NCBI GenBank assembly: GCA_002633005.1
Contig: NMRA01000289.1
Coordinates: 274,382-338,381, forward strand
Reading direction: 5' to 3'
Length of the DNA stretch: 64,000 nucleotides
DNA from: Phoronis australis
Lineage: Eukaryota; Animalia; Phoronida
Positions 38,301-49,779 of the stretch are shown here, one piece after another (the first letter of the stretch is position 1; the number at the start of each line of letters is the position of its first letter). The translations under genes were made by a program, and so were the position numbers. Under the pieces are notes generated by a model. That model did not search any database and was not told where the DNA came from. It saw nothing but the letters and a program-made list of their open reading frames with translations.

Positions 38301-39914
38301 AACTTTTTACAATTTCCACTTCTCTAAACGGTACCTGGATTCGTCCCAAGAATTCAAGACTCAACAAGGACGTGGTCTCAAGATGGCGGCACTTCAATGT
38401 CTTAGTAGACAAAAGCAAAGGCTAATTTTATGGACTCAACTTACTCAAAACAACTTCAAGGAACCATTTGTGGCAATCGTTTCCCATTTAGTCCACAAAA
38501 CTGCCGTCAAAACTGATCCACCCCATTTTATTTATTTTTGGGGCGCTACAAGGGCCTGTCCCGTGATATTAAACCAAACAACACCGGAACTAACTAATGT
38601 AAATAACTGCCGTGCATGCGCGGCACAACATTTTAGACCACTTTCAGAAGATCACACAACTTCAGTTAAGTTTCTAAACATTCCAGAGTCATGCTCAACT
38701 AATATCTTATACTAATGAAATCCACTGAAGGAAGTCATAAAGGGTCCGAATATTGTTTCAAATGAAAACCATGTTTCTAAATGTTCGAAGCTCCACTGCG
38801 TCGATGCGTCATTTTGCGACTCGCTTTCTCAATCGATTGTTCAGTTGTGGCCAAGACAGGTACAATTTATTACCTTTGAAGTGGTTTATTTGCACCATTG
38901 TGCCTGGGCCTACGTGTGTTAACGCTTATATTTATTCTAACATGATTCACTAAAACAGCCCTAACAATTCACTTAATAATTCAAACGTGGTTTTGAAAGT
39001 GTGAAGCTGCATTGCACCAACTCTTCGTTTAAGACTCGTTTTCTCACTTCTTTCTTCTTAAACAAATATTCTTTCGTCTGATGGAAACAGCTCATTAGGT
39101 ATACACCAAATCGAAGTATTAAGAATCATGTCCAACTGTTCATGTGTTAAGTTCTTAGAAATCTGGGGCTAAAACAGAGGATACGCTTACGTTTTGGTAG
39201 TACAACTCACGTGCCCGGGCTCATGTGTGTTAACGTTATTTTACATTTTTTTAAGAAAAAGAGCGTCTTTCATACTTTGGTTATGTTATTTACAGCATAA
39301 CTCTGCCCTTCCATTGCGATGGCGCGAACCACATTGTTTACAAGCGTTTCTTCTACTGCGCTGGATATAACACGCCCAAGATCTATACGTATGACTTGGA
39401 TACGAGATCACAGTCGACGACCATTTCATTGAACAGCGTCGAAGGAAAACAAGCCGGCTACAGAGATAAATGCTCGTACCACTGGGGCGGCTACTCCGAT
39501 ATTGACATGTCTAGCGATGAATACGGGTTGTGGGTGATATGGAGTGTCCATGCAGAGTCTTGCAGATTTGCCATTAGTAAGCTGGACCCCGACACCAAGA
39601 CAATCATCAAAACATGGTTTGCCCCGCAAGGCATCGAACTGGATCACAACGATTACGGCAATGCGTTCATGGTATGTGGCAACATGTACGTCATGAACCA
39701 TTATCACACACAGAATACATTTGTTCGTTGGATCTATTATACCGGAAACGATACATGGGTGGAAATTTCTAGCAGTGACTCCAACCGAATCATCCTTCAG
39801 AATAACTACCAGCATAACTGTTACCTCAATTACAGCCCACGTGACAAGATGCTTTATTCCTGGGAGAATACCCACCATACTCGTTATCAAGCTCATTTCA
39901 AAGACTGGTCTTAA
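26094..39914 (+). CDS. Secreted PAN/apple-olfactomedin protein, paralog 3 (385 aa); join(26094..26387,26910..26961,31096..31288,39296..39914)
   Basis: Signal [19 protein letters not shown]; [19 protein letters not shown]; OLF motifs as in paralogs 1 and 2. Exons 294+52+193+619 = 1158 nt, open, canonical splice sites; intron 3 is 8007 nt. Confidence 0.9.
26910..26961 (+). CDS. Paralog 3 exon 2 (52-nt linker [17 protein letters not shown])
   Basis: ttacag|GTG...TCAG|gtaagc. Confidence 0.85.
27159..27194. repeat. (AGAC)n microsatellite
   Basis: Directly visible. Confidence 0.9.
31096..31288 (+). CDS. Paralog 3 exon 3 (N-terminal OLF)
   Basis: tattag|TATGC...ACTGA|gtaagt; 193 nt. Confidence 0.87.
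31327..33135 (+). mobile_element. Helentron/HINE-like non-autonomous element with internal tandem repeats, in intron 3 of paralog 3
   Basis: Starts TTTACTTGGCGGAA; three copies of AATTCCGACAAGTATGTTG (31349-31468); ~160-bp repeats containing CAAAATGGCGG (31487-31800); two ~670-bp tandem units (31806-32474, 32475-~33135). The family assignment is inferred from this structure. Confidence 0.55.
34145..34362. mobile_element. MITE
   Basis: ~25-bp inverted ends ATATTCAGCCTACATCGGCAG / CTACCGATGTAGGGCTCAATAT. Confidence 0.6.
36752..36846. repeat. (GT/GC)n microsatellite
   Basis: Directly visible. Confidence 0.95.
39296..39914 (+). CDS. Paralog 3 exon 4 (OLF core and C-terminus)
   Basis: ttacag|CATAACTCTG; frame open from [15 protein letters not shown] to AHFKDWS*; 619 nt. 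Confidence 0.91.
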
Positions 39915-42534
39915 GCCAGAATACAACGTTCAGTTTCCTAACTTTAGCACAGGTGACACATGAAGTAATAATTTTCTATAATAGACGTTATGCGCCATTT
40001 TTGAAGCTTTATTTGTAAATTTAACTTGGGTAATGTTCAATGTAGATATTTTGCTTGAAGTAAAAATGGATATGGAAAAAATGAAACATCACATTCTTCG
40101 ATTTTAGCTAGGACATTTTTAAGACCAGTAATTTAAAAAGAAATTCCAGGTAAACAGAATGTGCTTTATACGGAAATGAGACTGTTTCGTGTGGAATTAA
40201 AGTAACTCTAAAACAGCGTTCTGTATTTGGAATGTTCGCGAAAACACAAGGTCACCCATCAGTTCGATATATATGGCCATTCAATGCAAGCAAAGCACTC
40301 TTAACTTTACTCGCGAAAGTATTGCGTACACGGAATGCAGCCCAACGCAAACCAAGCATTTAATTAGTGTAATATAATCAGACACTAGGACAATGAAACT
40401 CCCATATTTTAGCAGTTTTAAAAATATACCAAATAAACATAGAAAAATTAGAAAACCCAACTGTGAATCGAAGCACTTAGTAGCTCAGTGGTTCGACCGG
40501 CAATCTAGATACATTTTGTTCGATTTGGGGCTCCTGATTTTCCTGTGTTTATTTGATATATTTCACATCAGCGTCTTTATATTTGCTAGTTTTAAAAAAC
40601 AACACGTGATGTTTCAGAAAGGCAATACTAATTTGAAACAAGCATATCTCACGTTGCCAACAAAATGCAATTATTCGTCAAAGATAGCAAAGATTTACAA
40701 AGTTACCAGAGGGAATAACTCTAGTATTTTAGACAAAGCTCAATTTTCAAAATTTGACACCTTTTCTGAAAGACCGCAAACAATTCTTTAAATGCAACAA
40801 ATGGATAAGTGACTGAGGAAGCATTCCCTCTCCTGTTTGAAGTCCCAACAATAGATCAGAACTGGGAACATGAGCGATTGGAAACTAAGGCTTTTGATGA
40901 AATTGCTGTGACATACCGCTTTCCTGAGGTTCTGGAGATGGAAATGGCAGATTCTTGTAGAAATGCGTGCATCAGGTTCGTGAAAAAGAAAGAATTTTAC
41001 TAATGCATCAATGCTACCAACATATAGCGTGTTTGACTGAAATATTTGGGCTCCGTCGTTTTCGTTTTTAGCGTCGTCTTTGTTGCCAGTCAATGGTGAG
41101 TGGGATTATGCCTACTTGGCTTAGCTCATCGGTGTCATGGGCGTCGGATGGCGTGACTGTTTGGTGTTACCGCTGTTGGAACACCTGACTATGGCCGAAG
41201 AATAGATAGACCGAAACGTCGTGACAATGTAAATAGACAAGAAGTTGGTGTAAATAGACCAAGAGATTTAGAGAATAGTTGTTGGAATCAGTCGTCGCCG
41301 TGGTGCTGGTTTCATCACAGCGTCTGGACGTCGTCAGCATTTGCGGCTTCGCGCTTGGTTGTCGGTGCGTCAATGTCGTCGTCAGTGTTGAAAAATCGTC
41401 TGTCGCTGTAGTTGGTGTTCTGGCCGCATTGTCCGTGTTGTTGACAAGTATCAACGTCGATGTTGTGGTTTTCGAGACCGTCTTCTGCATAATCGGGCGT
41501 TGCCAATCGCCAGTAATAGAGTCACTGCTTTCGTCGCCATATTCCCTTTCAGTTCTCTAAGTCAATTACGCTAATTGCCTTTCCGTCACAACGCTATGTG
41601 TCGTTATACTTTGTAGCTTAGTTTTACCATTCTATCATTATAGCGCGAACTATTCTTTTATACTGACCCGGTAAACAGTTTTAGTCCTAGGTTTGCCGTA
41701 TAACACTTCCTTAGTACTTAAGGTACCGTGGTAGCCATAAAACGCCCCGGGTCTATACGTAGGTATAGGATACAAGAACCCACAGTCCACAGCCGCTTCA
41801 CTAAATAGAGTGGAAGGAAAGATAAGCCTCTAAGCTCATTGTTTCAGGTGTATGGACTGGTCAAAGCCCACTTATATTGATTCAGCCACATTTGCATCAT
41901 AGTTGCCAACATTCCAAAATGAAAAAGAGTCAGAAATACCTTGATACCCAAAAGAAACATCATACCAATGACGTTTTTTAGTCGTACCTATGAAACAGAA
42001 CGGGAAAGTTTGGGTATAGTAGAGGAATTGCCGTGCATTATAGACGACGGAGTAAGTAAACGTCGTCGCCTATTTGAACAATCGGGATATGTTGCTGATG
42101 TTGTGGTGAGCCCCATGACGTAGGACGAAGCTTCATCAAAAGCAGGGCAATCTAGCTAATAGCGGATTCCCGAAAATGCAGTTGGAAACTACGCATTTGT
42201 TATTTAACAAAAAACTGAGTCAGTGAATACGACTGATAACTTTACTCAGGCACGGATTTTAATTGCAACGATGTTGAAAAGCCGAGGTCTTAAACGGTGT
42301 TTTCACCAACCTATGAGTGAGTCAATTAATTAAAAAAGCAGGGTATTGACTCAAACTAACGCTTGTTGTCCCTTCACAGTTTAGTTTCAAATAAAATAAT
42401 TAACGACCCGATCCCTTCAGGATGACCGGCAACCGGAAATATGTACTCGAACATGCTTCGTCTGGACTCGCAGGTTCCCTGTGTGTAGATAACATTCGCA
42501 GTATTATTCAGTAGCACTCACGCGCTTCATCACT

Positions 42535-43545
42535 GGTAGATATCAAAAATCTAGGATTCGAAACGTTTAAAACATTATTAAATCCGTGTGTGGCACCAAT
42601 TTTGGATTACGGGTCATCTGTTTGGGGTTACAAAAATTTTGGTAATGATGAAAATATCCAAAATAGAGCCATGCGTTTTTATTTAGGGGTCAACCGATTT
42701 ACAGCCACTCATGCTGTTAGTGGCGATATGGGGTGGGACTCCACCGGAGTTAGGTTTAAATTGAATATGCTGCGTCTTTGGAACAAACTGGTAACCACAG
42801 GTGGTGATAGGTAACTGAAGAAGGTATTTCCATGGGACTACTCTGTTGGTAGAAAAGGTTGGATAGACGGAATAGAAAATTTGTTTAACATAACTGGCAT
42901 GCAATCCTGTTTTCAAAATTTGACTTCTTGTAACATAGTAGACGCTAGAAACAAACTGTTTGAATATGCAAAACATGCGTGGGCTGAATCTGTTGTAACA
43001 AAATCCAAGTTAAGAACTTACATTTTATTTAAGCACGAGTTTTTAACTGATCCGTATGTAAAGATTAATTTATCTCGTTCCGAGCGATCTCTTCTGGCTC
43101 AGCTTAGAGCAGGAAATCTCCCATTGCACTTGGAAACTGGTCGTTATGCAAACACTGCTGTAAGTGACAGACTTTGCTTGTGTTGAGACTCTGGCTCTGT
43201 GGAGGATGAGCTAAATTGTGTGTTTGATTGTTCTCTTTTTAACTCACGGAGGTCTTTTCTGTTTAATAATGTCTCACTTTAAATCCCGAACTTTGGAGAT
43301 TGCATTAGATTAGATATGTCAAAATTGCTATTTCAGTATTTCCCTAGGCAATTTGCCAACTACATCAAGTTTGCTCTTGAACTTAGAAACCGACGCATTT
43401 ACAGTAGGCCTAAATCTGAGTTGTGTGGTTAAAGTGACTAATAAGCCCAATTGGGCTAGGTACTTATCTTTCATACGAATGTTCTACCTATAACTGTTTG
43501 ATTTAATTGTACTTGTCACTATAATAAATAAAGGATGTTTCACTC
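42535..43545 (+). mobile_element. 5'-truncated CR1/L2-group LINE 3' end
   Basis: CVAPILDYGSSVWG, RAMRFYLGV, KSKLRTYILFK, ERSLLAQLRAGNLPLHLETGRY...RLCLC...VEDEL; AATAAA at ~43527. Confidence 0.85.
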
Positions 43546-45619
43546 ATTAAATTGATTTATGTGAGAATATGGACTCGTCTCACTTATATCCCCCGTCTTT
43601 CGGAGTGGTCCATTCATCCTTTGTGTAGATTCGCATGCGGTCCTTCTGCTCACGAGGTACTAGGACATTCCATTTCCAGCCTCACTATTGGTTTGTTTGT
43701 GTCATGTGCCACGAGTTTGGTCAGCTCCTGGCTCCCATAGGCTGATGATTGTCAAGCGCACCAGGGCTCTTTTGTTCTCAATAAAGTTATATTTCCTGCC
43801 ATCAGTAAGTAGTATAGTAAGAGGTTCATGAGTCTTATTTTAGCGGGTCTCGGGTTAAAGGACATCTATGCGAAAGGAAAAGGCCAAAGGACATGTTTGA
43901 CAACTGCAATCGGAAGGGACACCTATCGGACGGATGTGTCAATGACGTCACACCTCATGACGTAATAGGTTTAATGAGCCCTGTTTGAGGCGCCTCGACC
44001 CAAGGTCAAGATCATACGTGTCATCGGTAAACCGGAAGCTCGAATTGGAAATCACGTGACTGCTGACGTGAATAGGCAGGTTAGGGCGTGGGACCGTTCA
44101 TCACCCGGAAGTTCTGACCCTAAAAAGACGTTGAGTACCTTGTGTTTGTTCAACAAAGTAGGGTTTACCTTGATGAATATGAACAAAAGGTGGATTACCT
44201 TATTTCGCGTGCGCCAGGTGTCGTCGTTGTAGTATCCCCTTGGTTCTCTAAGGGATCTTATTTCGTGTCCCCCGATTAAGTGAGTGTCGTCTTTTTATAT
44301 TGTTTGTTCTCATCTCGTGACAACAGAAGTAGCGTATAACCCATGAAAGATGATAATCACCCAACTCAACAACAGATATCGCGTAAAGTCTAACCCAGGA
44401 CCCGACGGTACTAAACGAATCATAATAATACTAATAATAATAAGATGCGACCAGCTAATACAGAACATAAAACTGATAATGTTTAAACGTGTATTAATGA
44501 CAACGAACGAATACACTACAAAAATAACCCTGACGTTCAGACACCGTTACCCGTACGAGTTGTAAGTTATTAACAGCAAATTATTAAAAGTCCGAATTAA
44601 ATATTCAAAGATCCAGTGGTGACGCCGGCGTCAACTTTTGTCTTTTGGGATAAAAGTAGGTGAACGCGCACCTCTGTTGCAAGTAGTTAGCCACTCGATT
44701 TTCATACCTTACGTGCATTCTCTTATGTTTTGGGCTTAGGCCTGTGTAACCTCTATAACATTTTCAGTTCTTTATGTGGTTCCTTTACGGTGTCCTTGCA
44801 TACCCCTTTCATTATCTTACTTATGGTAATTTCATTTCACTCCGTGTATCTTGTTTTCCCTATTTACCTATGTGCCACCTTGTCTCATTGTTTTGTTCAG
44901 TCTCCCATGTATTACTTTTGTATTTTTAGCCTTACTTCCAGTTCCATTCGTTACCGCCACGACACCAGGGTGAGTTCACACCCGGCAGCTGTTGCAGCAC
45001 CTGGGTAAACGTTAATTCCTCTCCTTCCACCTTTGGCCTGTGGAGTTAGGGTTGGGTATCCGGCTGTCAGCCTTTGTAAGTACGCGAATCTACACAATAC
45101 CTCCTTTTCCTCCCTTAGTTCTTTTGGTGCGTCCCTGCGAATGGGCATGAGCTGTCTTCAACATCTCTCGTGGCGCTTTTATTATCCATCTTTCCAGAGA
45201 TTATTATTTTATCTTTATGTTTGTGCACTGATATATATCAGTCATAATAAACGACCTTATATCCCCTATACACAGTCTCCTTTTTATCTCTGGAAACGGA
45301 GCTTGCGACGCACCTATTATTTTCGGGACATACTTCGAACATAAATGATAATTCACTCGTTAAACATATTTATGTGAGAATATGGACTCATCCCACTTAT
45401 ACCCCCATCTTTCGGACTGGTTCATTAATCCTTTGTGTAGATTCGCATGCGGTCTTTCTGCTCACGAGGCACTAGGACATTCCATTTTCAGCCTCACTAT
45501 TGATTCGTTTGTGTCATCTGCCATGAGTTTGGTCAGCTCCTGGGTCCCATAGGCTGATGATTGTCAAGTGTCATAGGGCTCCTTTGTTCTCAGTAAAGTT
45601 ATATTTCTTGCCATCAGTA
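43539..45619. repeat. ~270-bp direct repeats (43539-43807 and 45352-45619) bracketing LTR-retroelement-like sequence
   Basis: The two blocks align end to end at roughly 85-90% identity by eye; tRNA-Trp-like primer-binding sequence TGGTGACGCCGGCGTC at 44617. Confidence 0.6.
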
Positions 45620-46679
45620 CTTCGCTTTAGCAGCACTTAGGTTCTAGCCAAAAATAAACCCATACTGTGAACATTTCTTCGTAAAGTCAAATTTTCTCAA
45701 AATGACGTGAGGCGTTCGTATTGACGAATAACAACAAACTGTCATTCCACGAGAGCACCGAAAGGTCGACTCTATAGGGTCACCGACTCAGATTTTGAAA
45801 GAAATTGTTTGTTCATACATCCTTATTTGGAAGTTTTTGAGCTATTATTTTTAAAGTTAGAGCATCGTGAATATTTTGGCCAAAAATAGTTCATTTTCGT
45901 TCAAAAAGGTTCAGTTANATAAACAATGCATAGGCCCTGAACACACCCGTTTACCGTTTTTTTTTTAGTTAAAAGGTCCGCAAACCCAATAAATTAGAGA
46001 CCCCTGCATTCCTACATTTTAGGCTGGGCGCGCGTATCTGCCGAAATTCTGGTTATTCCTGTGCCCTGGCCCCCCTCACTCGAAATCCTGGATCCGCCCC
46101 TGATGAGGGCCAGTTTGCGGGGTGCTGGTGATTTCCAACGAATTTTTCATCAGTTTGCTGCCTGACTAAGGAAATGAAAAATAAAAATATGGGCTTTTTG
46201 TTTGTTTTCAAGCAACAATCGATAGAAAAGACATACCAACGCGTATGCGTATTTTACGGTGCCTGACTACGGGCAGAGTGTAGCTGTATCTCATAAACCT
46301 CATAAAAGTTCTTCATTAATTTTTGCAAATATGTTTCTACGGTGATCAAATCAGCCGACGTCAATTTTCAGATGACTACTGCTGGCCCCCTGGTGGCAGT
46401 TTTTATAACTAGATTTCTTTGGAGAAATTTCATGAAATTTGGCCAAAACGTTTCCATCGAGGAAACGATGGCACATGCATGTTTGATAACGACGTTTCAA
46501 TATTAATCGAATTTTGTTACGACATTTTGTTTTATGTCTACTATTGTACCTGAGGACTGATTTTGATTAATATCGAAATGTCGTTTACATGCTGCACTCT
46601 AGCGTCATTGTTGTTTTCCCGTTCTAAAGGTGGGCTTAAAATTTGTGTTTCCTGGTTAAATCATGAAGACATTGAACGG

Positions 46680-47150
46680 TTTGTATGCAACAGTTAATAA
46701 AGCACGCCACCACATACACTGTATTCAGGTTGAAATCTGTGATCTGGCTCCTCATTATGATTATTTGCTGCTACATGCTAAAAGACCTAACTACCAGTGT
46801 CCAATTCACAAACGAGCATTGCAATAGCATGTCAGTGCACCATCTCCAGTTGCTAATGGGTGGCTTTTGGAGCGGGGTAGTCTGATGCTCCACTGGATGA
46901 CTCTGCCTTCAGCCCCAGAAAATGCCATGTATAAAAGAAGTGGTTGTAGTAAAAAAAATGTGCTCTTGTTTGATGTCAGGCATACCATGCTCTAAGTTGT
47001 GTGACTGTCCAGACCGTACATGTGAACACGGTGTCTCAGTCAAAAAACAACTTTTGATGACAACGATGATGATACATGTATATATGATGATGGAGTGGAT
47101 GAAGAAACATAATAAGAGTATGCTATGTTGTTAAAGAACTTTAAATTTTC
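46680..47150 (+). mobile_element. Academ-like transposase C-terminal fragment
   Basis: LLHAKRPNYQCPIHKRAL...PSPVANGW...WMTLPSAPEN...CSCLMSGIPCSKLCDC followed by an acidic tail. Confidence 0.65.
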
Positions 47151-47558
47151 AATCTAATGGAAAATATGGACAACATTTTTTCATGCTCATGAGTGACACT
47201 GCTCGGTGTGTCGTTCCCTATGACAGTTGAGGGATAATGTTAATTATGACAATTAATGAAATTTATTTTCCTGTTTTTTGTGAAATCGTGCAACCAGCCT
47301 TCATGGCACTTCCCGCACGGTCTTGTGACCACATAACGGTGGAATGAACTGTCACTCTTTCCCAAGCTTAATGGTGTTTAGCCTTTCGTCTTAAGGTGTC
47401 CCATTTCAGACGGGAGCAGTTCGGGGGAAATGTCCCTTTGTCTCCCTATGCATGTAAATCCGACACTACCAAGTATTCACGAGGGTAGTTGAGATATGAA
47501 AAAACAATAGGATTGACCGCCATCGAAAGGGTGGAATGTTGAAGAACGTGGAGACCAG

Positions 47559-47793
47559 GGGCCCGTTCCAAGAAACTTACTTACATGTGAGTTCATTTTT
47601 GACTTAGTCTAAGATTGTCTCAAATTCCGAACTTTGAAACTGCTGCATCTGATAAGATAGTCAAAATTAAGACAAAACTTAAGTCGAACATAAGATGTTT
47701 TTTAATGATCTTGAGACAGATTTAAGTCTCATCTTAAAATTGACTAAAAGTTAAGATCTGTTTTAGCTAAGTCAGTTTTCTTGGAACGGGGCA
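47559..47793. mobile_element. PIF/Harbinger-like MITE
   Basis: GGGCCCGTTCCAAGAAA ... TTTCTTGGAACGGGGCA inverted ends flanked by a CAG/CAG 3-bp duplication. Confidence 0.65.
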
Positions 47794-48059
47794 CAGTATT
47801 TGTGAATTACACAAAAGGACTATTTCCGATGGTTAGTTATAGAATAATGTTACTGTTTCCCATAGTATCACAAGAATAGTATCTCTTTCGAAGATGGTTA
47901 CTATGAGTTGTTTGCAAGGAATTTCCACATGTGAAAAACACGGATGTGAAGGCTACTATTTGTGATAACCGTGTACATGTCGAACGGGGGTACTCCCTTG
48001 TTTTCCCGTAAAAAATCTGTGAGCATGCTAGCCCAGCGGAAATTGCTGATAACATTATG

Positions 48060-48930
48060 TTTTTATAAACAAACTGGTTAGAACAAGTGCATATTCAATT
48101 TTGTAAGCGTGTGTTGGGTGTAGCTAATTCATGCTAAAAAATTTCTGTACTGGGCGAAAGTGGGCGGTTGCCGTATTTACTACTGAAGTAATATGTTGCC
48201 GTGATCAAGTATTAGTTCAGACTTCTCAAAATGCTTCTTCATCGTAACTCAAGGGCAGCTTACTACGACAATTTGCTTGAGTTACAGCAAAATAGCCAGC
48301 ACTCCTGGAATTGGGACACATGAGTTAGACTTATATTGTGAAAAGATGGATTCCACGAGGTTTGGTTAAATGAAGGCGTTGTGTATGAAAACACTGTTCA
48401 GCTAGTTTTTAGACAGCGAACACGAGATTGTTACTTGCAAGGATGGAGGCAAAATGTCGACAGTAATCCTAAGCTGTGTATTTATAATCAGTTTAAAAAG
48501 GAAATCAATTTGGAAAAATGTTTAAGTTTGACTTTACCCCGTGCACAAATTATGTCCATGGCACGTTTTTGTTGTTCCAGCCACTGTCTCATGATAGAAG
48601 TAGGCAGGCACTTGAATTTGGATAGGGCAAACAGAGTGTTTTTTCTGCCCCAATGTTGTAGAAGACGGATATCATTTCCTTCTAAGCTGTGATAACTATT
48701 CTGAGCTGAGAGAAAATTATATTTAAGTGTACTACTGGAATTTTCCGTCTTTTTAAGTTCAATAGATTGATGTCAACAAGTGATGATGCTAAATTAGTTA
48801 ATCTAATACGTATGTTACACTTTTCGACTCCGCGATAGCTTGCTGCACTCTTAAGTATGTTACATGTTGTTCTTTTGTACAGTGGGCCTATGGAATTTAT
48901 TACAGAAATAAATTGATTGATTGATTGATT
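48060..48930 (+). mobile_element. 5'-truncated CR1/L2-group LINE 3' end
   Basis: LEQVHIQFCKRVLGV, VLGESGRLP, NPKLCIYNQFK, MARFCCSSHCLMIEVGRH; ends AATAAA(TTGA)n. Confidence 0.85.
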
Positions 48931-49779
48931 ATAAACAAATTTGTTGGTTTCTTATTTACTTGTTTAGATATCTACGAAAATCGATAGATTCATAGACGAT
49001 TTTGGCAATTAGAAGCTAATCTTGTAAGAATTGGTGATGTTTCAGTGAATTTAGTTGCAGCTTGAAGTTGGAAAAACTCTATAATCCTACCCCTAAATAG
49101 CAAAGTACACTTAGACAATTTTGCCTATCTAAAATAACACTCGACATTGAAATTCGGACAATTCCCAAAAATATACTCACAATTCAAATGGCAATAAATG
49201 CCTAGGCCCATTCTTACTATCCGAGAAACTTTGTTGGTTTACGGTTACTCAACTCTTAATGGCTGCTAAGCAACACGTTGTCCCTCGGTTGGTCGGTTAG
49301 GGGCTACAATACTTCCCATCGTTTTCTGTACGAATTACGTCCAGTGTATTTTAAAAGTGCGGTAGGCCAAATCCGGTCACCAATTGAGAGTTTTCACTTC
49401 GTCAAAAATACATCCTACACTTAAAACTATGACTCAAAAAGCGCTGACTTTCTTCAGTGTTCCTTTCTGCTTCTACACATATCTTCGATGAAGCATAGGT
49501 AAGGTAACTTTGGCGAAGAATTCGAACTCCACTTTTTGGTCATTGTTAACTTTTTCACCACGCAAGCGCGACAACCACAACTGAGTCGTGTGAGTAAATA
49601 GGCAAAGGCTAGCGCCAGACTAAGCGAAACGCGTGACGATGCCCGGCGAGACACTTGCAAAATAGAATAGGAAGGTTCATGTATCAGGTGAAATTTGTAA
49701 GATTTGTGTCCCTTGGACTTTTTAATTGTCAACATGCTTGACTTCACTTAACTTCCTCAAAATGGCACCAGGTATTAAC

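Noticed and set aside
8515-39914. Assigning a known gene symbol (OLFM/noelin, myocilin, gliomedin, amassin, latrophilin)
   Set aside because: Those families' coiled-coil, collagen, lectin or GPCR regions are absent, so orthology cannot be claimed without a phylogeny.
39426-39926. Antisense ORFs over the OLF exons (also 11659-12090, 10566-10784, 31092-31307)
   Set aside because: These are shadows of the sense coding frame; their similarity to each other follows from the paralogy.
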